Assembly (NCBI GenBank): GCA_964016885.1
Contig: OZ024763.1
Span: forward strand, 21,638,001-21,702,000
DNA from: Eledone cirrhosa
Lineage: Eukaryota
Length of the DNA stretch: 64,000 nt
Reading direction: 5' to 3'
The notes below the pieces were generated by a model. The model was given only the letters and a program-made list of their open reading frames with translations, did not search any database and was not told the DNA's origin. The translations under genes were made by a program, and so were the position numbers. Of this stretch, positions 38,663 to 52,322 are shown piece by piece. Each line of letters opens with the position of its first letter. Position 1 is the first letter of the stretch.

Positions 38663-39804
38663 TCTTATCCTGGTCTTTCCGTACAGTAGGGCCATCCAAT
38701 GTGAGGCTCCCAGACTGTGGTCCTGCACCTGCCCCTCCTCATAGCGGTGCCAGCTAATACCAGGGCCCAAAACTGTGGCTACGCTGTGAGATGGGTTAGG
38801 CTTCTCGTATTGGTGTCATCTAGTACCAGGCTCCAAAATATGGTTCCACTGTGAGAGGGGTTAGGCTCCAAAACTATGGTTCAGTTGTGAGACAGGTTTG
38901 GTATAGCCAACTGACCTGTTCCTCCTCATAATGGAACCATCCAGTTTCACACTGTAAAAATGTGGTTGTTGTTAGGAAGGGCATCCAGCTTTAAAATACC
39001 CGGCCAAATTTACAGGCCTCATTGGAGCAAGGTGTAGTATGGCCAACTCTGGCCAGACTTGTCTCCCGTCAGGGACGACATGTCTAACTCATGCAAGCAT
39101 GGAAAAATGGACGCTAAACGATGATGATGATGATGACAACTTGTCTAAAACTGTCCCTAGTTCGGTGATAGAAACAGTTTTAATCTGTTCATACTAACCT
39201 GTCTAGGGGGGAGTCTTGTACTAATTAGTTCCTTAATGCTATGGACCCTGAGATAAGCTCTGACCTGATGAGCCTCTCGGCTTGGGATAGACTTTTTTTT
39301 AGAAAGGTACTGTTTTCTCCCTTCCCCCTAACAGTTGGTCCCTATATTAATGTTAGAAAGATTTATAATAGAACAAGAGAGGTGTCAACTCTTCTCTTGT
39401 TTTCTATGAATGTTGTATACTAATGTACCATTATCATAATGGTCTTTTCTCTCTGGTGCTGTTTTTTCATGTGTATATGTATATATATGTCTATATATGT
39501 GTGTGTGCATATGTCTGTGTGTGTGTATATATATATATATATGAATAAAATTAGTCCTTCATCAGTGATCTTCCAGCCTTCATTGGTATTTCATCGCTTT
39601 AAAGACCATATACCTCTGGTTGGTGCGAGCAACAGCAAAAGAAAGTCGTTGGGATACGTAAATAGGGTGAACGAGCGAGACAGTAAACAAACAGAGATGT
39701 TAATGCAACGAAAAGTGAGGAAGAAGGAGTCAAGTCCCTGAAATCGATGAACATAAGTTCTGTGAAATCGTGGACAAGATATATATATATATATATTTAT
39801 ATGG

Positions 39805-39835
<31 letters not shown>

Positions 39836-39895
39836 GTAAACAGAAATAACAACAGAATCGGTACAGTATATGGAAGGAATATATATATATATATA

Positions 39896-40390
39896 CATCA
39901 TCATCATCATCGTTTAACGTCCCTGTTCCACGCTTGCATGGGTTTGGACGGGGGTATTCCCACTTGAGGCAAGAGTGATTGTCTTGCTCGCATAGGACTG
40001 TCTGGCAGGTTTTCTACAGTTGGATGCCCTTCCTAACACCAACCACATTTACAGTGTGGGGCTGGGAGGTGTTTACCGTGTTGCCTACACGGCCACATTA
40101 CAGCGTGGACTGTCTGGCGGGTTTTCTACAGCTGGATGCCCTTCCTAACACCAACCACATTTACAGTGTGGGACTGGGAGGTTTTTACTGTGTTGCCTAC
40201 ACGGCCACATTACAGCGTGGACTGTGTGTTTTTTTGTCGTGACACCTACACGATCTCATTTGTTTCGGCCTGGATGTTGTGGTACCAACATAACTTTACA
40301 TAGAGCGGGGTGGTGTGGATGGGGTGTGTGGGGGGGGGGGGGTATTTTGTTAGAGATGCCTACTGGCTGTAGTAGGTTTTACTATGTATT
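39896..40390 (-). mobile_element. RTE-type 3' end with 114-bp internal duplication, flanked by ~100-bp direct repeats
   Basis: Flanks 39795-39890 and 40388-40510 match apart from (TA)n length. Confidence 0.75.
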
Positions 40391-40395
40391 TATAT

Positions 40396-40459
<64 letters not shown>

Positions 40460-40500
40460 GTAAACAGAAATAACAACAGAATCGGTACAGTATATGGAAG

Positions 40501-40564
<64 letters not shown>

Positions 40565-40588
40565 GTGTGTGGGTATATAGATACATAC

Positions 40589-40631
<43 letters not shown>

Positions 40632-40662
40632 CACACATATATATATATATATATACATACAT

Positions 40663-40693
<31 letters not shown>

Positions 40694-41539
40694 CATACAC
40701 ACATATATATATATATACATACATACACACACACACATATATACATATATACATACATACACTCACACATGTGTGTATGTGATCTGACATTTTTTATTTA
40801 ACTAAAAGTAGATGCAGAATAAATAGTGTTGCAAGATGGGATTATTTCGGTAGAGAAGGAGATTATTTCAAGAATGAGATCTATGTAGAAAGATGTCAAT
40901 TTACTTGTTAGCGCTATCAGGAATTACAGGCAATTTGTCACTGAGAAACACTGAGAGCTTCTTACCAATATAATATAAAGAAGCAAGATTTGATATTTGG
41001 GTTTCATTTTTAGCAAACGTCTTATTTTCTTCTTTCACAAAGATAAAACAAATGTAATATAATTGTTTCTATATTTTGGTACGAGGCCAATAATTTGACA
41101 GGGAAAGAAGATAAGTTGGTTAAATCGATGCCAGTGCATTACTGGTACTTTATTTTATTGGGCCTGTAAGGGTGAAAGGTAAATTTAACTTTGGTAATAA
41201 TAATAATAATAATTGTTTCTACTTTTGGCACAAGGCCAGCAATTATCCCAGTGTATTACTGGTACTTTATTTTATCGACACCGTAAGGATGAAAGGCAAA
41301 GTTAACCTCGGCGGGATTTAAACTCAGACCATAAAGGGCCATAACTCTTTGCTGCAAAGCGTGGCGTCCGACCCGCTATCAGACCAAGGAAACAATGTTT
41401 TTATTAGTCTTTCCATTGTTGTTACTTTCTAACATCCACAACTCCTGGTAGAAAGGGCAATGTGAAATAAAGTGTGTTGCTCTAGGACATAACGCATCTG
41501 TTCTGCCTCCCATCAGTGATACGGGCAGAATTTTATATA

Positions 41540-41707
41540 CCGTATTTCCTGGCATCGAAGATGCATCGTCCTAAAGGATGTACCTTAATTTTGAACCAAA
41601 AATTTGAAAAACAAATAATAATCAACCTTCAGAGTCCAGGATGCATGGTAGATTTTTGAGACTTATTTTAGGGAAAAAGTAGCGTCTTTGACGCTGGGAA
41701 AACACGG
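41540..41707. mobile_element. pogo/Tigger-like MITE
   Basis: TA-CCGTATTTCCTGGCATCGAAGATGC ... GCGTCTTTGACGCTGGGAAAACACGG-TA. Confidence 0.65.
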
Positions 41708-42354
41708 TATGTTTTTTTTTGTTTTTTTTTTTGAAAAAATGTGCATCCAATATGTTGGCTAATATAGCAATTTTAATTCTGTTGCAATTTTAATTACTGT
41801 GGAGTTTTGTTGACAGAACTAATAAAGATATTGTAAATAAAAAAATAGACAGCAGTAATGTGAGTAATCACTGTAACATTACTGATTAACTGCAGTGTAA
41901 TTATTGTGTATGAAATATAATAGTCCTCGGCGTATGGTTTTACCAGCTAGCTGCAGAGAGAAGAGGGATGGAAAAAGGTTTAACTTTCTTGATATCAACC
42001 TGAGAAAACTGTCTCAGATTTTATGAAAGAAAACCACCCATTTTAAAGAGCCCGTTTGGTTTTACGAGCTAGCTGTAGAAAGAACAGGGATGGAAAAAGG
42101 TTTGACTTTGTTGATATCAACCTACCAAAATCTGTCTCAGATTCTACGGAACAAAACCACCCAATTTTAAAGGGTTCTTATTTAATCTGTACTGATACCG
42201 ACTCACTCAAAATCCAGCCCCAGTTCAGTGAAACAAAACCACCCGTTTTAAAGAGTCATTTGGTTTTACCAGCTATTTGTTGAGAGAATAGGAATGGAAG
42301 AAGGTTTAATTTGCTTGATACCAACGTGCTAAAACCTGTCTCTGATTCTATGAA

Positions 42355-42557
42355 CCCTTTAACATTTACATTACTCTATATATACTATTGTATTTTTGTT
42401 GTAATTATCTCACATAATATCAAAGCTATGTGATTTTGATATTATATATTTTGAAAACAATATCTTACCATTGGTATGAACGGTTGGTTACCGTCAGTTT
42501 GAACAAAAAGAGGTGAGAGAATTCTGGCCAGATATAGCCGGTTTTAATTCTAAAGGG
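42355..42557. mobile_element. piggyBac-like MITE family 1
   Basis: CCCTTTAACATTTACATTACTC...TAAAGGG. Confidence 0.65.
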
Positions 42558-42632
42558 TTCATCTGTTCTGATAGTAACCCAATCAAACCAGCTCTGGTTC
42601 TATGAAACAGAACTCATTTTAAAGGGATCCCT

Positions 42633-43192
42633 ATTAGAAATATGGTAATGAAAGGGTTAAAAACATAGACAGTGTCTTTCATTAGAAATATGGTAATGAA
42701 AGAGTTAATGACATAGACAGTGTCTTTCATTAGAAATATGGTAATGAAAGGGTTAAAAACATAGACAGTGTCTTTCATTAAAAATATGGTAATGAAAGGG
42801 TTAAAGACATAGACTGTGTCTTACATTAGAAATATGGTAATGAAAGAGTTAAAGACATAGACAGTGTCTTACATTAGAAATATGGTAATGAAAGGGTTAA
42901 AGACATAGACAGTGTCTTTACATTAGAAATATGGTAATGAAAGGGTTAAAGACATATACAGTGTCTTTCATTAGAAATATGGCAATGAAAGGATTAAAGA
43001 CATAGACAGTGTCTTACATTAGAAATATGGTAATGAAAGGGTTAAAGACATAGACAGTGTCTTACATTAGAAATATGGTAATGAAAGAGTTAAAAAACAT
43101 AGACAATATCTTTCATTAGAAATACGATAACAAAAGAGTTAATGACATAGGCAGTGTCTTTCTCATTAGAAATATGGTAAGAAAAGGGTTAA
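42633..43192. repeat. 47-49-bp tandem repeat (~12 units) made of a MITE family 2 terminus plus TTAA
   Basis: Unit attagaaatatggtaatgaaagggttaaagacatagacagtgtctttc; reverse complement matches 12871-12905. Confidence 0.85.
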
Positions 43193-44284
43193 GTGACATG
43201 AGGGGGAACATGGTGTTGGTGATAGGATACATATCTGTTTGTCTGTCCCTATATATATTGTTCAGGTTGATAATACTTAAGTCATCCAACAGGGTAATCA
43301 AGCTTTTTGTAAACAGGTTCAGGAAAAAAATAATAAAGAAAAAATAGAGTTTGGTTTCCCACCTCGCCTCTGCCATTAACACTGCTAGCTATAACATAAC
43401 TGTGGTTAAAGCTATGTAAATACACGTGTGTGTGTCTATGTGTGTAGAGGTGTGTACGTGTGTGTATACATAGGTGTGTGTGTGTACAATTATGAGTGTG
43501 TAGCTGTGTGTGTGTATATAGTTCTTTTTCTGTATGTGTGTGCTTGTCTATAGGCCTTTGTGCGTGTATAGTTGTGTGTATGAATGTATATGTGTGTGTG
43601 TATGTGTGTGTATGTATAGGTGTGTGTGTGTATGTTTGTGTGTATATAGGTGTGTGTATGTACGTATATATGTATGTGTATATATATATATATAGGTGTA
43701 TGTGTGTATGTATATAGGTGTGTGTATGTATGTATATATGTATGTGTATATATATATATATATAGGTGTATGTGTGTATATATATAGGTGTGTGTGTGTG
43801 TATATATATAGGTGTGTGTGTGTGTATATATATATGTGTGTGTGTGTATATATATATAGGTGTATATATATACATGTGTGTATATATAGGTGTGTGTATA
43901 TATAGGTGTGTGTATATATATGTGTGTGTGTGTATATAGATATATGTGTGTATATATAGGTGTGTGTATATATATGTGTGTGTGTACTCTATGAATATCT
44001 CATCAACTCGGGAACATCATGGTAAACAATAACAACAGTTTAAAGAGAATCTGCCGCTCTATTAACAAAGTAAAGACAAGATAGAATCAGAGATTAAGAC
44101 CAGAAAGATGAGGAGACACAAAAGAAATGAGATAGTTATTGAGGAGGTCACAGAATGTGTGATGAAAGAACTTTGATGAACTAATGAATAACTAGTTAGA
44201 TAAAATGAAAAAGTGAAAATCCTATGGTGTGTGCGTTCCTTTCTATTGGCAATACTCGTAACATGACCATCTCATAATATAACA

Positions 44285-44356
<72 letters not shown>

Positions 44357-44359
<3 letters not shown>

Positions 44360-44541
44360 AGTAAGTAAGACTCCGACGGCTGAGCTCAAGCCGTTTCGAC
44401 GGCTAATTCTGAATTAGCCATCGAAACGGCTTGAGCTCAGCCGTCGGGGTCTTACTTACTCCTATTACCCACTCTACTTCCCTAAGTATTGAGTACTTTC
44501 GTGCGTTATGGTCCACCTGGTTCCTTACCACTTTTCCTTCG

Positions 44542-44543
<2 letters not shown>
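44357..44543 (+). mobile_element. Family A asymmetric hairpin element
   Basis: Near-perfect palindrome 44357-44464 plus tail, inside (TA)n. Confidence 0.75.
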
Positions 44544-44579
<36 letters not shown>

Positions 44580-44690
44580 ATAATAATAATAATAATAATA
44601 ATATTAATCTTCAGACTAATATGAGTCTCAGAAGATCCCGTTAAGGGTGAAAGCAGCGATTCTTTGCTTAAACTTTAATCTGTTATTTTA

Positions 44691-44743
<53 letters not shown>

Positions 44744-45407
44744 TACACACACACACATATATATACATGTATATATATATAGTCCCACCCTTGCAAGCAG
44801 GGAAAAGTGGACGTAAAATGAAATGACGATGATATATATATATATATATTTCTGTGCTATTTCAAGCGTTAAACTAATATATTCCTTCCATATACTGTTC
44901 CATTTGTGTTGTTATTTCTGCTTACCTTTTACATATATATATATTCAAAGGCTTTATCTCACATAATATCAAATCTATGAGATTTTGATATTCTTTATTT
45001 TGAGAACAATATGTTAACATCAGTATGAGCAGCCGGTTACAGCCAGTTTAAACACAAAGAGGTGAAAGAATTCTGGCCAGATACGACCAGTTTAAATGAT
45101 AAAGGGTTAACACGCTAGCAAGTTCTGCTAAAGTTTAGCCCTAGAAACAGGAGGGAGCAGTGATGAAGTGGGGCAATTTCAGTTAGGGTCTTCCTATGGT
45201 ATTGAAAGACGTGTGGCTGAGTGGTCAGAGAATTGGATTCACAATCGTGAGGTTGTGATTTCAATTCCCGGACCGGGCGATGCGTTATGTCCTTGAGCAA
45301 GACACTTTATTTTATGTTGCTCCTTCTGTCTGGATTTGCGACCGATAGATAGTATTAGCAATTAGAAAGACCAATGGAAACATTGTTTCCTTTGTCTGAT
45401 TTGACAA

Positions 45408-46125
45408 GCTCCACCCCACTCCTTAAGGCAATGAGGTCTGGGATCTTGTCAATCAACTGTCGATTAAGCTCCACCCCACTCCTTAAGCCAATGACGTCTG
45501 GGATCTTGTCAATCAACTGTCGATTAAGCTCCACCCCACTCCTTAAGGCAATGAGGTCTGGGATCTTGTCAATCAACTGTCGATTAAGCTCCACCCCACT
45601 CCTTAAGCCAATGACGTCTGGGATCTTGTCAATCAACTGTCGATTAAGCTCCACCCCACTCCTTAAGCCAATGAGGTCTGGGATCTTGTCAATCAACTGT
45701 CAATTGAGCTCCACCCCACTCCTTAAGCCAATGAGGTCTGGGATCTTGTCGATCAACTGTCGATTAAGCTCCACCCCACTCCTTAAGCCAATGACGTCTG
45801 GGATCTTGTCAATCAACTGTCGATTAAGCTCCACCCCACTCCTTAAGCCAATGAGGTCTGGGATCTTGTCAATCAACTGTCAATTGAGCTCCACCCCACT
45901 CCTTAAGCCAATGAGGTCTGGGATCTTGTCGATCAACTGTCGATTAAGCTCCACCCCACTCCTTAAGCCAATGAGGTCTGGGATCTTGTCAATCAACTGT
46001 CGATTAAGCTCCACCCCACTCCTTAAGCCAATGAGGTCTGGGATCTTGTCAATCAACTGTCGATTAAGCTCCACCCCACTCCTTAAGCCAATGAGGTCTG
46101 GGATCTTATCAGTCGACTGTCATTT
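45408..46125. repeat. 60-bp minisatellite (12 units)
   Basis: Unit gctccaccccactccttaagccaatgaggtctgggatcttgtcaatcaactgtcgattaa. Confidence 0.95.
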
Positions 46126-46820
46126 GAAAGGGGTTAACACTTTAGTCAGTTCTACTGCTTTCTATATGTCTCAAAAACCCCTAAAATGATCAGTTTCAAC
46201 AGACTTAGACCTCATCATTTTCCTTTTGGTAACAACAGGAATTTCAAGCTTCATGATCAACCAAAGGAATGCCCTAAACTTTCCAGCTATTATCCCCTTT
46301 TTTTCTTAATGTTTTTACTCACCTTACATTTTTTTCACATTTTCATGCCCTCCCCCCCTCATTATTTTTGTTCCTTTATTTTATTATTATTTTTATTTTT
46401 ATTTATTTTATATTTACCCTCCTTTGTCTGTTTATTGAGTTTATTTTTTGTTTTTGTGTTTTGTGTGTGTTTTTGTAGGTTTCTTTTTTTTTGGTTTTTG
46501 TTCCCCGCCCTCTGCTTGTCTTCTTCACCATGCTTTCTTGTCATTAATACCTGGCCACACCCCAGCTTTCTGTATCCACCACCACCACCACACAACCATC
46601 AACACCACCCCAGCTTTCTGCCTGTACACCCCCACCATCTCTGTGTCTCCACCACCCCTCACACTAATCTCTGTGTATCCATCCCCACCTCGGCATGCCT
46701 GCTGCTTATTTTGCTTCTCCCCCCCCCCGTGTCTTTCTGCCTCTTCCCTATGAGAATTCTCCCTTCCTCTCTCTTTATTTCTCTCTCTAAATATATATAT
46801 ATTTCTCTCTATCTCTCTTT

Positions 46821-46876
<56 letters not shown>

Positions 46877-46996
46877 GTTTATATATATATATACATTAAT
46901 CTCTCTCTACATACACATACACACACACACATATATATATATATATGTTTATATATATATATACATTAATCTCTCTCTCTCTCTCTACATACACAT

Positions 46997-47052
<56 letters not shown>

Positions 47053-47170
47053 CTCTCTTTCTTTACACATACATATATATATGTATATTGCTCTCTCTCT
47101 CACTCTCCCAGTACTTAGTTCTATGTAGTAACAGCTACTGTAAGCTACAGTTGTTATTACTCTAACTTAC

Positions 47171-47295
47171 CTGGGTATGTTCAGGTATTTTACACCGTGG
47201 TGGACATTCTATCCTGTAATTGTCTGTGCTAAGGTTTAACATAAGTTCATTAGTGGAGTATTCTTTACCCATGCTTTCTCTAATCTGTGCTGCTA
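47171..47295 (-). CDS. 125-nt exon ((L)AAQIRESMGKEYSTNELMLNLSTDNYRIECPPRCKIPEHTQ)
   Basis: Acceptor ttcttaccatatttaacag, perfect CAG/GTAAGT donor, single open frame, phase 1 to 0. Confidence 0.7.
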
Positions 47296-47329
47296 CTGTT
47301 AAATATGGTAAGAATATTATCACTATTAT

Positions 47330-47820
47330 TATTATTATTGTTGTGTTATTTCGTTTAGCTCAGTTCTGTTTCTCTATTGCTGGGTTCAGGCCTTGAACCT
47401 AGGGCAATAGAGGTTTTCATTGTAGAGAGACAACTTGTCTGAGAATGTGTGTTGTTCCTAGTACCCTCATCTTCTGTAGCTCATATTTGCTGATCTTGCA
47501 GGGAAGGGCACTAAGGTGCAGGTCTGATGATTGGGGTATTAATCCTAATGTTCCCAGGGATAGTGTTTGTGGCCACCCTCCTCATGTGGTTGATCTCTAA
47601 TTCCAGGTCTTTGTACTTTGACAGTTTTTTCCATTGTTTTTATAGATGTATTCTTGTCAGCTGACGCAGAAATATCTATGAGGCTCCATGTCCAATCTGT
47701 TTTGTGTTTTATGGATGATATCTGGTCTGTTGAGTGCGAATTCTTGGTCGGTTATCAGAGGCATATCACAAGATGTATATGTTGCCCTTTTCCGTGACTG
47801 TTTTTGGTTGATGTTCATAT
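47330..47820 (-). mobile_element. R4/Dong-clade LINE 3' remnant in (TAA)n
   Basis: Degenerate YEHQPKTV...NRPDII...LIDIS...LSKYKDLELEI...GTLGLI...LQKMRVLGTTHILR (RLE domain); (ATT)n on both sides. Confidence 0.75.
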
Positions 47821-48138
47821 TATTATTATTGATTGGCGGTGGATTGGCAGTATCGGTAGAGAGTCGGACGCCATGCTTTGACGCATAGAGTTACGGCCCT
47901 TGCCATTCTGAATTCAAATCCCGCCAAGGTTAACTTTGCCTTTCATCCTTACGGGGTCGATAAAATAAAGTACCAGTAATACACTGGGATAATTACTGGG
48001 CAGTATCGGTAGAGGGTCGGACGCCATGCGTTGATGCATAGAGTTACGGCCCTTGCCTTTCATCCTTACGGGGGTCGATAAAATAAAGTACCAGTAATGC
48101 ACTGGGTAATTGCTGGCCTTGTGCCAAAAGTAGAAACA

Positions 48139-48174
<36 letters not shown>

Positions 48175-48177
48175 GTG

Positions 48178-48605
48178 CTTGTAGATTGAGGGAGGACATC
48201 TGGGAGGGGGGTCAGTTGCTCTGACAGTCAGAGTGGCTGTAGCTTTTGTGGGCTTTCTCCATGAGTAACCCCCAGAAGTCTCCCAACCTATTAGGGAATT
48301 TTCTTTTGTTTCTACTTTTTTGTTACACCCTTTGTTTTTGTTTTATACTCATTTTTACATGCTGAAACCCACATTGTACCATCCTGTGATGTCCTTAATG
48401 TATTTTTATGTAAACCCTTTGTGGTCAATAAAGAAAACATTGTTGTTATTCTGCTGCCAGCATCCTCAATGTGGAGGGCTGAGCATGCCGTGGCTAACGA
48501 TGCGCCAACATGCGCTGAGGCTGTGGCATCTCCAGATATACTGCCTAAATGTTGAACAGGGGAGGTCACCGTTTGTGAGGCGGGCCCTTCCTTAGCTCGT
48601 CTCTT
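48178..48605 (+). mobile_element. Degraded Tx1 fragments (3' UTR and ORF2 piece)
   Basis: cccttgtggtcaataaa-like end; CCQHPQCGGLSMPWLTMRQHALRL matches CCQHPLKGGLGMPWLKMRKHALRL of the full element. Confidence 0.7.
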
Positions 48606-48676
48606 TAACTTAGCCGATAAAATAAAGTATCAGTAATGTACTGGGGCCTATATAATTGATTTTCTCCTTCCCTAAC

Positions 48677-48839
48677 ACATCTGCTGGTAACAATATAGCA
48701 TTTGATGTTTGTTTACAAAGTTGAGAAACTTAAGAGTATTTTGATAACAGTGCTCGACAGCGTGGTTTTGGCCATTCTGGAGCATCACTGACTGTAGTAT
48801 GTGTAATAATGGAGAATCTCTTCTGAAGAGCACCTTTAC
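48677..48839 (-). CDS. 163-nt exon (VKVLFRRDSPLLHILQSVMLQNGQNHAVEHCYQNTLKFLNFVNKHQMLYCYQQM)
   Basis: Strong acceptor tttccttttcataccacag, 54 open codons, GTTAGG donor gives the phase 1 needed by exon 47171-47295. Confidence 0.6.
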
Positions 48840-48894
48840 CTGTGGTATGAAAAGGAAACTAAACTATTGTTGATGGTATAACTACAGTAAACAT

Positions 48895-50002
48895 CCTGCT
48901 ACCACTACTGCTACTACCATCCTACTACTACTACTCCTGCTACTACTCCTGCTACCACTCCTACTACCACTCCTGCTACCACTCCTACTACCACTCCTAC
49001 TACCACTCCTACTACCACTACTACCACTCCTGCTACCACTCCTGCTACCACTCCTGCTACCACTACTGCTACTACCATCCTACTACCACTACTCCTACTA
49101 CCACTCCTACTACCACTACTACCACTCCTGCTACCACTCCTGCTACCACTCCTACTACCACTCCTGCTACCACTACTGCTACTACCATCCTACTACCACT
49201 ACTCCTACTACCACTCCTACTACCACTCCTGCTACCACTCCTGCTACCACTCCTACTACCACTCCTACTACCACTCCTGCTACCACTCCTACTACCACTC
49301 CTGCTACCACTCCTACTACCACTCCTGCTACCACTACTGCTACTACCATCCTACTACCACTACTCCTGCTACCACTCCTGCTACCACTCCTACTACCACT
49401 CCTGCTACCACTCCTGCTACCACTCCTGCTACCACTACTACTACCACTACTACCACTCCTGCTACCACTCCTACCATCCTACTACCATCCCCCTACTACC
49501 ACTCCTGCTACCACTCCTGCTACCACTCCTACTACCACTCCTGCTACCACTCCTGCTACCACTCCTCCTACCACTCCTGCTACTACTACCATCATGCTAC
49601 CACTCCTGCTACCACTCCTACTACCACTCCTCCTACCACTCCTCCTACCACTCCTCCTACCACTCCTCCTACCACTCCTCCTACCACTCCTGCTACCACT
49701 CCTGCTACCACTCCTGCTACCACTCCTGCTACTACTACCATCATGCTACCACTCCTGCTACCACTCCTACTACCACTACTACCATCATGCTACCACTCCT
49801 ACTACCACTACTACCATCCTGCTACCACTCCTACTACCACTCCTACTACCACTCCTACTACCACTCCTACCACTACTACCATCATGCTACCACTCCTGCT
49901 ACCACTCCTACTACCACTCCTGCTACCACTCCTACTACCACTCCTGCTACCACTCCTGCTACCACTCCTACTACCACTCCTGCTACCACTCCTACTACCA
50001 CT
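48895..50002. repeat. 12-bp minisatellite (CTACCACTCCTR)
   Basis: Direct inspection. Confidence 0.9.
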
Positions 50003-50507
50003 CTTCTATTTACAACTGCTGTTGCAGCAATAATTTAAATAACACCAAAAGTGCACCAAAAGTGCACCAAAAGTGCACCACGTACATCAGTTTAACATTG
50101 CAGACAAAGGAAAGAATTAAATAATAATAATAACAGTTTCTGATTTAGGCACAAGGCCAGCAATTTTGGGGGAGGGGAAAGTTGATTAAATTGACCCCAG
50201 TGCATCACTGGTACTTTATTTTATCGACCCCCCCGTAAGGATGAAAGGCAAAGCTAACCTCAGTGGAAAGGCATTCACTTCCACCACCCACTGACAAATC
50301 CATCCCTGAACAGACATGATGGTGTCACACAGTGGGACTGAACACGCCACCTTGTGGCAGCAATCAGAACCCCTTAACCACTCGGCCATCTCTGTGATTA
50401 CAATATTGTGAACACCTTTTTTTATGCAACTTTTATAATCTTTCAGGAATTGTGGGTGTTAGGAAAATGATAAAATTAGCAGAAAAGAAAAACTGTATCT
50501 CATTTAA

Positions 50508-51088
50508 CCCTTTCTGTAACCGGCCACTCATACTGATGTTAAGGTATTATTCTCAAAATAAATAATATCAAAATCTCATAGATTCAATATTATGTGAGAT
50601 AATTATGTGAGGTGAAATGTTTACCCCAAAAATACAATAGTATATTGAGAGTAATGTTAAGGCTGAAGGGTTAAACTGGCTGTATCAGGCCAGAATTCTC
50701 TCATCTCTTTCTGTTGAAACCGGCTGTAACCAGCCGCTCATACCAATGTTAAGGTATTGTTCTCAAAATAAATAATTGTTTCTACTTTTGGCACAAGGCC
50801 AGCAAATACCCAGTGCATTACTGGTACTTTATTTTATCGTCCCTGTAAGGATGAAAGGCAAAGTTAACCTCGGCGGGATTTGAACTCAGAATGGCAAGGG
50901 CCGCAACTCTATGCGTCAAAGAATGGTGTCCGACCCTCTACCGATACTGCCAATTCACCGCCTTATGTTCTCAAAATAAATAATATCAAAATCTCATAGA
51001 TTCAATATTATGTGAGATAATTATTTGAGGGGAAACGTTTACCAGGAAAATACAATAGAAGATATAGAGTAATGTAAATGGTAAAGGG
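50508..51088. mobile_element. Tandem piggyBac-like MITE family 1 copies with a SINE inserted at ~50773-50962
   Basis: tgttctcaaaataaataat duplicated on both sides of the SINE (TSD). Confidence 0.7.
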
Positions 51089-51269
51089 TTAACTACACAG
51101 CCATGTCTGTGCTTACAATATTGTAAACATATATATATTTCAACTTATATATATATAAATATATATATTTCAAACATATATATATATATACAACTTATAT
51201 ATATATAAATATATATATTTCAAACATATATATATATACAACTTATATATATACATATATGTACGTTAT

Positions 51270-51392
51270 TCCGGGTTGAATCGGAGGTAACCACAGTAAG
51301 TAAGGTACTCAATACATAGCAGAGTATAAAAGTTTTAATATAGATGAGATTCTACAGGACTAGAACTGTTTCATTCATTAGAAATCATCAGG
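51270..51392 (-). mobile_element. Family E (TA)n-inserted repeat ending in a hammerhead-like core
   Basis: Copies at 57308-57431 and 59325-59425 (reverse); CTGATGA-N12-GAAACAGTT on minus strand, stem I not evident. Confidence 0.55.
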
Positions 51393-51794
51393 ATTTCAAA
51401 CATATATATACAACTTTCTCCGGCTTAGCCTGTGCCCCCCCTTTTGGAACTTACCCCCGTTGATGGGCGTGAGCCCGAAATATTGGGATTAAATCTCCAC
51501 TACAGTAACCCTTCTACCTTTGCTTTGTTTACATTTTCATTTTCACTTTTCTCCTATTTCTCACTCACTTCTTACCTCGAGATTTCCCATCTGCATTGTT
51601 GTGGCTTTCTAAACTACATATTTTATATATATATTTATATATATATATTTTTTCTTATACGACTCTTTTAATCTTTTAGGAATTGTGAGTGTTAATAAAA
51701 TGAGAAAATTATAAGGAATGAAAAACTGTATCTGGTTTAAAAAACTTAGTTGATGTTTCCTCATTTTGCCTTCAATACATAAATGTAGACATAC

Positions 51795-51814
51795 TGACGA
51801 GGTTTGTGTTCCAC
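51795..51814 (-). CDS. Candidate 20-nt microexon ((G)GTQTSS)
   Basis: ataccag acceptor, GTATGT donor, phase 1 to 0 bridges exons 60785-60830 and 48677-48839. Confidence 0.3.
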
Positions 51815-51873
51815 CTGGTATATTGTTTAATGAGATTTATCAACTACTTACAGTTCTCTTCATGTAATTGGTG

Positions 51874-51912
<39 letters not shown>

Positions 51913-51969
51913 ATATATATGTGTGTGTGTATATATATATATAAATATAGGTATATATATATGTATATA

Positions 51970-52013
<44 letters not shown>

Positions 52014-52086
52014 TATATATATATATATATATATATATGGTGTGTGTATATATATATATATAGGTATATATATATGTATATATGTA

Positions 52087-52120
<34 letters not shown>

Positions 52121-52140
52121 GGTATATATATATGTATATA

Positions 52141-52174
<34 letters not shown>

Positions 52175-52290
52175 GGTATATATATATGTATATATGTGTG
52201 TGTGTATATATATATATATATAGGTATATATATATGTATATATGTGTGTGTGTATATATATATATATATAGGTATATATATATGTATATA

Positions 52291-52322
<32 letters not shown>

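Noticed and set aside
39262-39290. CTGATGA-gcc-tctc-ggc hammerhead-like start
   Set aside because: No GAAA follows; looks like a SINE tail fragment
40905-41031. Minus-strand open stretch ...SLYYIGKKLSVFLSDKLPVIPDSANK
   Set aside because: Phases do not fit neighbouring exons without invoking unseen ones
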